The notes under the pieces are model-generated. The model did no database searches and was not told where the DNA came from. It worked only from the letters and a program-made list of their open reading frames with translations. From an uncultured Christensenellaceae bacterium (lineage in GTDB: Bacteria > Bacillota > Clostridia > Christensenellales > Borkfalkiaceae), in assembly GCA_910588685.1 (NCBI GenBank), contig CAJUPX010000005.1, positions 28,544 through 92,543 on the forward strand: a stretch of 64,000 nucleotides of DNA. Direction: 5' to 3'. Below are positions 39,579-48,808 of this stretch, one piece after another (position 1 is the stretch's first letter; each line of letters begins with the position of its first letter). The position numbers and the translations under genes were made by a program.

Positions 39579-41486
39579 TTAAGAGCGTTTATATTTGCAG
39601 TTCACGCGCATTGCGTTGAGTATTGCGAGCACGGCAACGCCCACGTCGCCGAAAACGGCAACCCACATATTAGTAATACCGAACGCCGACAGCGCAAGTA
39701 TGGCGAGCTTAACCGCAAGCGAAAATATTATGTTCTGGAAAACCACCGACATAGTTTTTTTGGCAATGCGTTTTGCAAGCGACAAACCGCGCAAATCGTC
39801 TTTCATCAAAACTATGTCCGAAGCCTCTATAGCCGCGTCGCTGCCTACTCCGCCCATAGATATGCCCACGTCGGCGCGCATAAGCACGGGCGCGTCGTTT
39901 ATTCCGTCGCCTATAAAGCACAGTGCGCCGTTTTTGCCTTTTTCACCGAGCATACGCTCTACTTCTTCCACTTTATTCTGCGGCAGGAGAGACGCTTTAT
40001 AATGCGTAAGTCCTATTTTATTTACTACGCTCTGTGCAACCGCCTCGTTATCGCCGGTAAGCATAACCGTTTTGCAACCCATTGCGTTGAGCTCGCTTAC
40101 AACGTCCGCCGCCTCGTCCTTTATCTCGTCGGCTATGAGCAGAGAGCCGATAAATTTACCGCCGCGGGCAACGTAGACCACGGTTCCGAGTCCGTCCTCT
40201 TTTACGTACTCCACTCCGTTCGTTTCCATAAGCTTTTCGTTGCCGCAGAGTATAATATCACTGCCGGAGGCAGCGGTAACGCCCGCGCCGGCAACGTTCG
40301 TAAGCGTATAGCCTTTTTCAACCTCTTTGCCGTAAGCTTCCGTAACAGAGCGGGCAATGGGATGGTTGGAGCCCTGTTCGGCGATTGCCGCAAGCCTTAA
40401 AATATCCTCTCTACGGTTTTCGGGCGTGACTTTGGCAACGGCGAAATTACCTTTTGTAAGCGTGCCCGTTTTATCGAATACAAAGGTGTCGGCTCTGTTG
40501 AATTTTTCGAGGTAGTTGGAGCCTTTTACAAGTATTCCGTACCTGGAAGCCGCGCCTATGCCTGCAAAGAAAGACAGCGGTATGGAAATTACAAGCGCGC
40601 ACGGACAGGACACAACAAGGAAGCTCAGTGCGCGGTATACCCACGCCGACCAGTCGGACGTTATAATTCCCGGAATAACGGCGAGCAGTACGGCGAATAT
40701 TACAACCGCGGGCGTGTAATATTTTGCAAATCGAGTTATAAAATTTTCGGCTCTGGATTTCTGCGCCGAGGCGTTCTCCACCAAATCGAGTATCTTGGAA
40801 ACCGTGCTGTCGTAAAATTCTTTTGTAACTTTTACCTCTATCTGCGAGGTTAAATTTACACAGCCGCTTATAATTTCGTCGCCCTCTTTAACGTCGCGCG
40901 GCAACGACTCGCCGGTTAAAGCTTTAGCGTCGAGCGCGGTTGCGCCCCTTACGACAACGCCGTCCAGAGGCACCTTTTCGCCGGGGTTTACAACAATAAT
41001 ATCGCCTGTTTTAACCTCCGCAGGGTCTACCGTTTCCACCTCTCCGCCGCGCTTTACGTTGGCGTAATCAGGGCGTATATCCATAAGCTCGGATATAGAT
41101 TTGCGCGACTTACCGGTGGCGTAACTCTGAAACCACTCGCCCACCTGGTAAAAGAGCAGCACGGCGCACGCCTCGTCGAAGCCCTCTATTTCAAGCCCGC
41201 TTACCCCCCTGTATATTGCAAGGGCAAACGCGCCGAGCGTTGCAACGCACATTAAAAAATTCTCGTCGAACACCTGACCGTGCAAAATATTGCGCACGGC
41301 TTTCCACAAAACGTCGTAGCCGATTAAAAGATATACCGTAAGATAGAGAGCAAAGGGCAGCAGCCAACCGAAATTGCCGCCTATTACCCCGCCGAGATTT
41401 AATATTTTATCAGTAATGAATAATATCAAAAACAGTCCGAGCGCCGCAAGTATGCGCACGAGGTTTTTTTTCTGCTTTCCCGTCAT
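39579..41486 (-). CDS. Heavy-metal translocating P1B-type ATPase (Cd/Zn/Co-type)
   Basis: CPC (SCPCALVIS), DKTGTLT, GDGINDAP and TGES motifs. No N-terminal HMA domain. Confidence 0.9.
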   Translation of the reverse strand: MTGKQKKNLVRILAALGLFLILFITDKILNLGGVIGGNFGWLLPFALYLTVYLLIGYDVLWKAVRNILHGQVFDENFLMCVATLGAFALAIYRGVSGLEIEGFDEACAVLLFYQVGEWFQSYATGKSRKSISELMDIRPDYANVKRGGEVETVDPAEVKTGDIIVVNPGEKVPLDGVVVRGATALDAKALTGESLPRDVKEGDEIISGCVNLTSQIEVKVTKEFYDSTVSKILDLVENASAQKSRAENFITRFAKYYTPAVVIFAVLLAVIPGIITSDWSAWVYRALSFLVVSCPCALVISIPLSFFAGIGAASRYGILVKGSNYLEKFNRADTFVFDKTGTLTKGNFAVAKVTPENRREDILRLAAIAEQGSNHPIARSVTEAYGKEVEKGYTLTNVAGAGVTAASGSDIILCGNEKLMETNGVEYVKEDGLGTVVYVARGGKFIGSLLIADEIKDEAADVVSELNAMGCKTVMLTGDNEAVAQSVVNKIGLTHYKASLLPQNKVEEVERMLGEKGKNGALCFIGDGINDAPVLMRADVGISMGGVGSDAAIEASDIVLMKDDLRGLSLAKRIAKKTMSVVFQNIIFSLAVKLAILALSAFGITNMWVAVFGDVGVAVLAILNAMRVNCKYKRS

Positions 41487-41504
41487 AAAGACCTCCTTAA
41501 CAGT

Positions 41505-42335
41505 TTAAAATAGATAGACAAATATCATTGCGCACAAAATGCCGATAAGCATACTTACGGCGGGCACGCGCCCCTCGTCCATTAATATAGCCTGCGGAAT
41601 AATTTCGCAGAACGTAACGTAGAGCATAGCTCCGCCCGCAACCCCCATACAGATTGCTATGGCAAGCTGTCCTATACCGCCTATCGCAAGGCCTATAACG
41701 GCGCCGACAACCGTCGCCGCGCCCGCAGACGCCGTGAGCAGTATCGTTTTCCACGCCTTTACCCCGCCGCTTGCCAACGGTGCGGAAATAGCCATACCCT
41801 CGGGTATATTGTGCACAGCAATGAGAATTGCAACGAGTATGCCAGTCTGAAGTTCAGCCGTTCCCGCCGCGCCTATCGCCATACCCTCCGGCAGGTTGTG
41901 CAGGGTAATTGCAAGCAACATTATTATGCCCGCTTTAAATAACGATTTTATGTCGCCCGTATCGTCTTTTTTATTCTGCGTTATCTGTAAAATAGCCGTT
42001 TCGTGGTGCAGCTCTTCCGGGCTGCGGTGCGTTTCTCTGATATCTTCGATTTTATCGAGCAGCTTGTTCAGTCCGAAAATAGCCAAAATTCCGCATACTA
42101 CCGCCGCAAGCGTTACAAACGCACCGTAGCGGCTGCTCAGGGCGATTTCCGACGCGTTAACCGATTCAGGCAGCATTTCAAACACGACGATGCCAACCAT
42201 AACGCCGCCTGCAAAACTCAATATTCTGCTCATAACCCTGTTGCCTTTGCTTTTGAGTAAAACGCCTAAAACGCCGCCCACACCCGTACCGACAACGCCC
42301 GCTATGAGCGAAAGCACGAGAATAAGTGTATTCAT
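41505..42335 (-). CDS. ZIP-family divalent metal transporter (ZupT-like)
   Basis: 8-TM profile with HNLPEGMAIG and HNIPEGMAIS signatures. Confidence 0.85.
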   Translation of the reverse strand: MNTLILVLSLIAGVVGTGVGGVLGVLLKSKGNRVMSRILSFAGGVMVGIVVFEMLPESVNASEIALSSRYGAFVTLAAVVCGILAIFGLNKLLDKIEDIRETHRSPEELHHETAILQITQNKKDDTGDIKSLFKAGIIMLLAITLHNLPEGMAIGAAGTAELQTGILVAILIAVHNIPEGMAISAPLASGGVKAWKTILLTASAGAATVVGAVIGLAIGGIGQLAIAICMGVAGGAMLYVTFCEIIPQAILMDEGRVPAVSMLIGILCAMIFVYLF

Positions 42336-42355
42336 AACACCGATTCCTTTATATA

Positions 42356-42574
42356 TTAGAGCAAAATTTTACAGTCGGGCTCTACTTTTTTGCAGGTTTT
42401 AACAACCTCTTTCATAATGCCGTCAAACTTTTCATCGTCCGCCTCGATAGTAAGCTTCTGGCTTATAAAGCTAACGCTTACCGCCGAAACGCCGTCGATT
42501 TTAGCGATAGCCCTCTCCATTTTAGCGGCGCAGTTAGCGCAGTCCAAGTCCTCTAATCTGTAAATCTTTTTCAT
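42356..42574 (-). CDS. Heavy-metal-associated (HMA) domain metallochaperone
   Basis: 72 aa with a DCANCAAKMERAI CxxC motif. Confidence 0.8.
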   Translation of the reverse strand: MKKIYRLEDLDCANCAAKMERAIAKIDGVSAVSVSFISQKLTIEADDEKFDGIMKEVVKTCKKVEPDCKILL

Positions 42575-42666
42575 AATTAAAATCCTCCGGTAATTTTATT
42601 GAATAATTATATTATTGAATAACCGTTCAAATATAACCCTGTAAAAAACAGGGTTATACCCTGCGA

Positions 42667-42984
42667 TTACTCGTTTACGTGCGTAAGACCGTACTCTAAA
42701 ATTTTGGTTACGTGGTCGTCGTCGAGCGAATATTTTACTTCCTTGCCGTCTTTAACGCCCCTTACAAGCTTGCCCGAACGCAATACGCGCAGCTGATGGG
42801 AAACCGCGGAAACGCTCATATCCAGAACCTCGGCGATTTCGCCCACATTAAGACTGCGTATTTGCAGACACTCCAATATTTTAGCGCGAGTGGGGTCGCC
42901 GAACATTTTAAACAGCTCGGCAAGGCTGTAAATCTGCTCGTCGGAGGGCAGCATATCCCTGATTGCCTTAATCTGTCCGTCCAT
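42667..42984 (-). CDS. ArsR/SmtB-family metal-sensing repressor
   Basis: LFKMFGDPTRAKILECL...VSHQLRVLR. Start set at MDGQIK with RBS AAGGAGGGG. TGAACA...TGTTCA-type inverted repeats lie upstream (about 43012-43037). Confidence 0.85.
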   Translation of the reverse strand: MDGQIKAIRDMLPSDEQIYSLAELFKMFGDPTRAKILECLQIRSLNVGEIAEVLDMSVSAVSHQLRVLRSGKLVRGVKDGKEVKYSLDDDHVTKILEYGLTHVNE

Positions 42985-43170
42985 TTGCCCCTCCTTGTCT
43001 AATATACTTGAACATCTTTTCAACTGTTCAATATAACTATACGCCTGTATTTTAACTTTGTCAAGTACTTTTTTATAATTTTCTGATGTTTGTCAAGCAT
43101 TTTTCAGAAAATTTCTTAACTTTTTTAAAAATTTCTTTTCACGGGTAGTTTTAGGCTCCCAAAGACCGCC

Positions 43171-44393
43171 TGAGAGGTAGATTTTTAGCGGCTATTGCCA
43201 TTTTTGACCGACAACAACGCATTTTCTCGGCTTTCAGGACAGCAAAAAAGGGCTCTTATCTTTCAAAGAGCCTATTTGTTGTAGGCTTTCTCTAAGCCGC
43301 TTTCGGCTTGATAAATCTTACCCTAAATTCGCCCCTGCACTCTTTCAGGATTTCCAAAAGCTCAGCCCTCTTTTGACGAGGAGAGTACCAGACCCTCTTA
43401 CCCTCTTTGTTCCTGAGCTGCGAGTGAGGGCGGTCATTGTATCTGTTCAGCCACGCCCCCATCTTTTCCTGTAATTCGTCCAGAGTGTAAAAAGTCAGGT
43501 GGTTATAAAAAGCCTCTTGGTCGGAGCGGTGGCTACGTTCTACCTTACCGTTATGTCTCGGCGTTCTCGGCTTAATCAGCTTATGGCGGATTCGTAATTT
43601 ATTCAGGAGAATATCCATTATGTGCATTGTCTCCTCTTTTGCGTTTGCAGGCGTGGTAAACTCGGTGCCGTTATCCGTCTGTATCGTATGCGGCATATAC
43701 CCAAAGTAAACGATGGCTCTCTTGATAAAATCAACCGTTGACCAGCCGCTGTGCTCGTTATAAGCATAAATAAACCTCTCCCTTGTCGCCTCGTCAATTA
43801 TCGTGTACTGATAAAATTTCTCATAAGCCAGCTCGCCCAAATAGCACTCTCTCGGTACATATTTGACATCGAGCTGCCATTTCTGCCCTAACATCTCAGG
43901 CGTAAAGTAAGGCTGCTGTTTATATGCCTCTTTGATTTCCTCGTGAGGGCGCAGACCGTTTTTGACTACAAACCGATAAAGCCCGTAGTAAGTCCTGCTG
44001 TAAGCGTAACGCTGGCGTAGAATACCCAAAGCCTCCGCATAAGTAATGTCAGGATTCTCCGTAAAAATATCGACGATGTGCTTACGCTCCTCTTGCGTGT
44101 GTGCGTTGAAATGCGGCGTATGCGGAACACAGGAGCCGTTTTCAAGGCTTTTCAGAGTGCCGTCATACTGAGCTTTCCATCGCCACAGACTACGCTCCGT
44201 ACACTTAGTTTTTTTAGCGACCCAGAGAATATCGTAGCCCTCTACGAGCCACAATTTTAATGCCCTCTCTTTTTCTTTCGGTGAGTATCGTATACCTCGC
44301 ATAAACCCGTCCTCCTGAGTGAAAGTAAAAATATAATAGCACAACATCAAAAAAATTTCAATCCCCCACTATTAAAAAGCCGCCCTACCCTCA
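43171..44393 (-). mobile_element. IS481-like insertion sequence (boundaries approximate)
   Basis: Single DDE transposase ORF. Candidate imperfect terminal inverted repeats are TGAGAGGTAG (43171-43180) and CTACCCTCA (44385-44393). Confidence 0.5.
43292..44302 (-). CDS. DDE (rve integrase-core) transposase, IS481-family-like
   Basis: N-terminal HTH. Catalytic context WQLDVKYV, IQTDNGTEF and NGKVERSH. Start at MRGIRY with RBS GGAGGA. Confidence 0.85.
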   Translation of the reverse strand: MRGIRYSPKEKERALKLWLVEGYDILWVAKKTKCTERSLWRWKAQYDGTLKSLENGSCVPHTPHFNAHTQEERKHIVDIFTENPDITYAEALGILRQRYAYSRTYYGLYRFVVKNGLRPHEEIKEAYKQQPYFTPEMLGQKWQLDVKYVPRECYLGELAYEKFYQYTIIDEATRERFIYAYNEHSGWSTVDFIKRAIVYFGYMPHTIQTDNGTEFTTPANAKEETMHIMDILLNKLRIRHKLIKPRTPRHNGKVERSHRSDQEAFYNHLTFYTLDELQEKMGAWLNRYNDRPHSQLRNKEGKRVWYSPRQKRAELLEILKECRGEFRVRFIKPKAA

Positions 44394-44715
44394 AAAATAA
44401 AAAACAACAAACATCAACTTTTCTCTCGTGTGCGCACGCACATTCTGTCAGTCTGTCAGTCAGAATATTAAAAATTTATTTTTAGATTTGATTTTTTGAT
44501 TAGACTCGTTAATTTTTAATATTCACTTTATATTTACCTTTCTCTTTATATTTCCCTTTTGATTTGGATTTATATTTGCATTACTTTGTATTGCATTTGC
44601 ATACTGTTTGCATTACAAAACTTATGCAAGTGCATAGCAAGTGTATAATGTTTGTATAGTAAAAAAGGGCATAAAATAAGACGGCTTTACCCGTCCTATT
44701 TTTCTTATTAAATTG

Positions 44716-45717
44716 CTACACAGCCTCGTCCTGAGCTGTAATATTTTCCTCAAGCGGTGCGTCCTCCACGCTCTCAGGAGCCGTAAGGCACTCCGCTGTC
44801 GGATTGTCTGCCACATACTGCTGAAACTGATGGATTAGGTCTATCTGGTCGCTCATATAGTTGACCGTATCGTAAACGATATTCTCATAACCCATCTTAT
44901 AGCCCGTAAACCCGTTTAGAATTACAGGCATAAGTTTTAGACAACAAGCCGCAAAGGTCGCCCAAGACGGATTTACGACGACATCTAAAACGATAATACT
45001 CGTTAAAAGCGTTGTTACCGATATTTTGACAAACTTTACAACAAACGCCGTACCTTTTTTCGTAGTCGGATTTGTGCCGAGCGGCACCCTGCGTCCTGCG
45101 CCCCTGCCACGCTTAAAAATCATTTCAGGCGTGAGCTTAATAGGTTTAACCTTGTTAGCTTTTATAATAGCCTTTCTCTGCGGCTCCGTGAGCTCTGCAA
45201 CCTGCCGCAAAGCCTTTTTACTCATACCTACATATTTTTCCTTATAGAGCTTAAAATCAAGCCCCACATCGGTTATGATGGCGTGGCGTGTGCTTTGCAA
45301 TTCCTCTGTAATAAAGTGCCTGCAAAATTCAAGTAGTCGCCCCTGTTGCTTATCCGTAATGATTTTCTTTTTTATCGTGTCGTAGTCGTTCAGGGTATTT
45401 TTGTATGCGTCGCTTTCCTTGCCTGCCCTCATACCCGTATCTGAAAAATTTATATACATCGAATACGAGCAAAACAATAATACAAAGAACGCCAGACCGA
45501 GCTTAGTCCAATCCGCAAACGAGCTGAGCTGTATATCGGTGGTAAACACTACCACAACAACAAATACGAGAAATACGCCTACAAATATACCCGAATTGTT
45601 GAGCAAGCCCCTTGCAATTTTTTTCTTAGTGTTGTGCATACCCTCGACGACATTACCCATCGAGGGCTTATTTTCCTTTTTTTCGCCTATCGGCTTAATC
45701 GGCTCCGCCATAGCCAA
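44716..45717 (-). CDS. Hypothetical membrane protein (333 aa)
   Basis: Several hydrophobic spans. A hairpin terminator lies at about 44680-44695. Confidence 0.45.
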   Translation of the reverse strand: MAMAEPIKPIGEKKENKPSMGNVVEGMHNTKKKIARGLLNNSGIFVGVFLVFVVVVVFTTDIQLSSFADWTKLGLAFFVLLFCSYSMYINFSDTGMRAGKESDAYKNTLNDYDTIKKKIITDKQQGRLLEFCRHFITEELQSTRHAIITDVGLDFKLYKEKYVGMSKKALRQVAELTEPQRKAIIKANKVKPIKLTPEMIFKRGRGAGRRVPLGTNPTTKKGTAFVVKFVKISVTTLLTSIIVLDVVVNPSWATFAACCLKLMPVILNGFTGYKMGYENIVYDTVNYMSDQIDLIHQFQQYVADNPTAECLTAPESVEDAPLEENITAQDEAV

Positions 45718-45728
45718 TACCTCCGTTA

Positions 45729-46100
45729 TTATTTATCTGGTTTATTCGATATGTGCTCCGCCCACTTAAAAAGGAGTGCGCCTATCCCGTTTGAGATAGC
45801 TCCGACAATACACACAAAACGCATTTGGAAAATGATGTTTGCCAAGAGTATTGTAAGGACGGCGAGAATAGTCCATACCAGCCACGCCGCAGGGGATTTC
45901 AGCTTTTCCTTAATCACACGAATAAACGGCAGGCAGGATATAAACAACAGGACGCAAACTATACCTGAAATGGTTGCTTTGTCGCTCGTTGCTATCCATA
46001 CAGGAAATTGAGATAAAGTGGCGGCAAGAGGAGCGGCAACACAGAATATGATTGACACCCATTTAATGATGTTGCCTTTCGTCTTATTTTTCATAATCAC
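45729..46100 (-). CDS. Hypothetical 4-TM membrane protein
   Basis: 123 aa and strongly hydrophobic. Confidence 0.45.
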   Translation of the reverse strand: MIMKNKTKGNIIKWVSIIFCVAAPLAATLSQFPVWIATSDKATISGIVCVLLFISCLPFIRVIKEKLKSPAAWLVWTILAVLTILLANIIFQMRFVCIVGAISNGIGALLFKWAEHISNKPDK

Positions 46101-46756
46101 GCCTCCTCTGTATCGCCTTTATCCTCCGTCTCAACAGGCGCAGGCAGCTCCGCTTTCAGAGCCTGCACATACTTGATATTTACGAGGTCTTTTACCGCCT
46201 GAGGTATATTCTTGTTGTTTGCGTACACCGTAGCAAGTATTTCAAGAATAGCCTTTGTAGAGGTTTCGAGCACTGCGCTGATATGCTCCTGCTGTTCCGC
46301 CTTAGTCTCCATAGCGTGTAGTTTATCCAGCGTTTCATTATACCCGTTAATAAGAGTGTTTACAGCCTTTACGACCTCGCTGTTACTGTTCGTATTTACG
46401 CCGAGAGAATCCGCCGTAATTTTGGCGGCTTTTTTATTCCCTTTGTGCTCCACAACGACCATAACAATACACGCCGCAACCGCCCCGAGATTTATTGAGC
46501 CCAGAAATTCTGCAAGGTTATGAGAAAACCACTCCTCAATCCTCGTCCAGACAGTCTCAGGCACCTCAGGAGCCGTTTCGGAGGGCTTTGCAGCCCCGTC
46601 GTCGCCGCTGTCGGCTAAGACTGCCACAACCTGCGTATCGTCGCCAGATTCGGCGTTAGCGGTCTTAGTCGTAAATCCGCAAAGCAATAATACAATCAAG
46701 CTGAGCGAGACGCATATTGCAAGCAAAATGGTAATATGTAATTTATTCGTTCTCAT
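46097..46756 (-). CDS. Hypothetical secreted/membrane protein
   Basis: N-terminal signal-like helix and an internal TM. Overlaps the downstream start. Confidence 0.45.
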   Translation of the reverse strand: MRTNKLHITILLAICVSLSLIVLLLCGFTTKTANAESGDDTQVVAVLADSGDDGAAKPSETAPEVPETVWTRIEEWFSHNLAEFLGSINLGAVAACIVMVVVEHKGNKKAAKITADSLGVNTNSNSEVVKAVNTLINGYNETLDKLHAMETKAEQQEHISAVLETSTKAILEILATVYANNKNIPQAVKDLVNIKYVQALKAELPAPVETEDKGDTEEA

Positions 46757-46771
46757 AGAATTTGCCTCCTG

Positions 46772-47233
46772 TTATTCAAAGTCGTACCCATCGAGTAGCT
46801 TTACAAGTTTTTCGTCCAGCGTATCGAAACGCTTATTAAGCTCCGCCAGACGCTTATTGAGCTCCTGTATCTCACTGTGAGCGGATATGAGCTCCTGTGC
46901 AATATCCAGACCGTCAGGACAGACGATAACGCCGACAGGCGGCACGGGCTTAGCATAAATACCCTCGCAGGCATATTTCGACGCATTATCTTTGCCGTTT
47001 AGCACCGCAACCGTTACCTTTACACGCCCCCTCAGAAAATCGGCAGGAATAGCGCAGGTATCGTCTTTCAGGAGCCTATACAGAGAATTGCCGTCCTCGT
47101 TCTCAAAAACCGCCGTAGCGAACGCAGGCGCACCCGTAAACGATATAATCAGCTCGTCTGTTACCGTTTCGGGCTCCCTCGTCAAAATAAAACCTTTCAG
47201 ACAGTCTTTAATGAGCTTGTATTCCATTTTCAT
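46772..47233 (-). CDS. Hypothetical protein with C-terminal coiled coil
   Basis: Start set at MKMEYK with RBS AAGGAG. The C-terminus QELNKRLAELNKRFDTLDEKLVKLL shows a heptad pattern. Confidence 0.45.
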   Translation of the reverse strand: MKMEYKLIKDCLKGFILTREPETVTDELIISFTGAPAFATAVFENEDGNSLYRLLKDDTCAIPADFLRGRVKVTVAVLNGKDNASKYACEGIYAKPVPPVGVIVCPDGLDIAQELISAHSEIQELNKRLAELNKRFDTLDEKLVKLLDGYDFE

Positions 47234-47243
47234 ACTGCGCTCC

Positions 47244-47453
47244 TTATTCGTTTTCGCCGCCGCCCGTTTCGACAAACCAATCCTCTCTGGTGCATACATC
47301 GCCATTTGCGTTGATGTCCTCATAGGTCTTGCCGTCGAGGTCGTTTACCCAGATTTCCTGAGCGTCCTCAATTTCCTGTTGGGTCAAAATACCTTTTGCC
47401 CTGTCCTTGTTAGCCGATTGCAGCCACTTTTCTTTGCTGAATACCCTTGCCAT
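47244..47453 (-). CDS. Hypothetical small acidic protein
   Basis: 69-aa ORF overlapping the RT 3' end by 44 nt. Confidence 0.3.
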   Translation of the reverse strand: MARVFSKEKWLQSANKDRAKGILTQQEIEDAQEIWVNDLDGKTYEDINANGDVCTREDWFVETGGGENE

Positions 47454-48507
47454 CGTTGATGCCTCCGTTTAATTTTTTTGAGTGTTTACTTACTATGCTT
47501 TTTAATTTCCACTTTGGAGCAATCGGGTAAATTCGCTCCTTGTAGAATTTTAAGCCGTTAATGTGAGTTAGCCAGCCCGTAAGCGATAACAGCCCCTGAG
47601 CTTGCTTGACGGTTATGTGGTTCGCCTTTTTGACATTTCTCAGGCGGCGGCATAACCTGAAATAGATTTTCTTTCTGAGCAGTGTTTTGTTCTTGTAAAA
47701 ACGAAATCCCACAAAGTCTATCGGGCGGCTGTGAATTTTCCATATCTGGTAATTATCTTTCAGCTTTAAGCCGAGATTTGTTTTCAGGTACTCGTTCATT
47801 GCCTCAACAGCCCTGCGGAGCTTTCGTTTGTTTGTGCCGAATAACACCATATCGTCAACAAACCTTATGTAATCCTGCACCTTTAACTGCTCTTTCACAA
47901 AATGGTCGAATCTCTCTAAATAGAAATTGCTAAACCATTGAGAGGTGTAATATCCTATCGGGAGGCAGTCGCCGCCGTTCTCCAACACTTTCTCTATCAA
48001 CCGTAGAAATTTCTCGTCTTTGATTTTGCGCCTGAAAAGCGACATCAGGATTGCTGGCTTTACATTGTTAAAAAACTTTGATATATCCAGCTTAGCGACA
48101 TAGCGAGCCTTGCCCTGCTTGATAACACGCTCTATAAAGCGTTTTGCCTCCATACCGCCCCTGCTCGGTACGCTACCGCAGGAATATCGGTACATACCTT
48201 TCGTTATGACGGGCTCCACAACGAGCATAACCACCCAATGTATAATCTGGTCGGGATAAAATTTTGGTACCGTTATTATCCTCGTCTTTTCGCAGGAGCG
48301 GTCATATAGAGGGATTTGCTTGTTAGGGCTCAATATCACATCGCCCGTTTCAAGCATAGTCTTTATATTCTGTGCGTAGGTTTCAATATCGTTAAGGACT
48401 ACTGCAATATAGTCTTTTGTAGTCTTGCCCTGAGCGGCTTTATGTATCGCCAGCTTTATGAGGTCAAGATTTAACATCTTTTCGTATAGATAACCTACCC
48501 GTTTCAT
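47410..48507 (-). CDS. DGR-type reverse transcriptase (DGR-1)
   Basis: RT motifs RIITVPKFYPDQIIH, AKLDISKFF and YIRFVDDMVLFG (YxDD box). Has the DGR-diagnostic motif-4 IGYYTSQWFSN (I/LGxxxSQ). Lies adjacent to the TR. Confidence 0.9.
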   Translation of the reverse strand: MKRVGYLYEKMLNLDLIKLAIHKAAQGKTTKDYIAVVLNDIETYAQNIKTMLETGDVILSPNKQIPLYDRSCEKTRIITVPKFYPDQIIHWVVMLVVEPVITKGMYRYSCGSVPSRGGMEAKRFIERVIKQGKARYVAKLDISKFFNNVKPAILMSLFRRKIKDEKFLRLIEKVLENGGDCLPIGYYTSQWFSNFYLERFDHFVKEQLKVQDYIRFVDDMVLFGTNKRKLRRAVEAMNEYLKTNLGLKLKDNYQIWKIHSRPIDFVGFRFYKNKTLLRKKIYFRLCRRLRNVKKANHITVKQAQGLLSLTGWLTHINGLKFYKERIYPIAPKWKLKSIVSKHSKKLNGGINDGKGIQQRKVAAIG

Positions 48508-48624
48508 AACCTTTTAATCTTCTCACGGCGTTTCGAGATTTAACCTACTAAGCCGCCCTCTTATCGAAGTGTTTTTTGCCAAGAGGCAAGGATTGTGCGT
48601 GTTCCATAGACCAAGTAAAGATTA

Positions 48625-48733
48625 AAATGCGACCACCGATGTTCGAGTTCGAGTTAGACGAGTCATTGTTACCATTCCAATACCACAGACCGCCATTGAG
48701 CCTGTTGTTCCAATTACCGCCGACATTCAGCAC
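48625..48733 (-). repeat. DGR-1 template repeat (TR)
   Basis: 109 nt aligned to the VR at a +201 offset. All 17 mismatches fall on TR plus-strand T, which is A on the coding strand. In the VR frame it encodes an Asn-rich peptide, VLNVGGNWNNRLNGGLWYWNGNNDSSNSNSNIGGRIL. Confidence 0.9.
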
Positions 48734-48773
48734 CGCTGCACACACTACCCTATATTGTTGAATTAAATATACG

Positions 48774-48797
48774 CTAAGGGGGAGGTTTCCCCCTTAG
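48774..48797 (-). other. GC-rich hairpin immediately 3' of VR (candidate DGR target-recognition hairpin/cruciform)
   Basis: CTAAGGGGGA-GGTT-TCCCCCTTAG, a perfect 10-bp stem. It starts 12 nt past the target stop codon. Confidence 0.6.
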
Positions 48798-48808
48798 CAA
48801 TCCCTCTC

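Noticed and set aside
48548-48745. 65-aa ORF (MCAAVLNVGGNWNNRLNGG...)
   Set aside because: This is the DGR-1 template repeat read in the VR frame. It is an RNA template, not a protein-coding gene.
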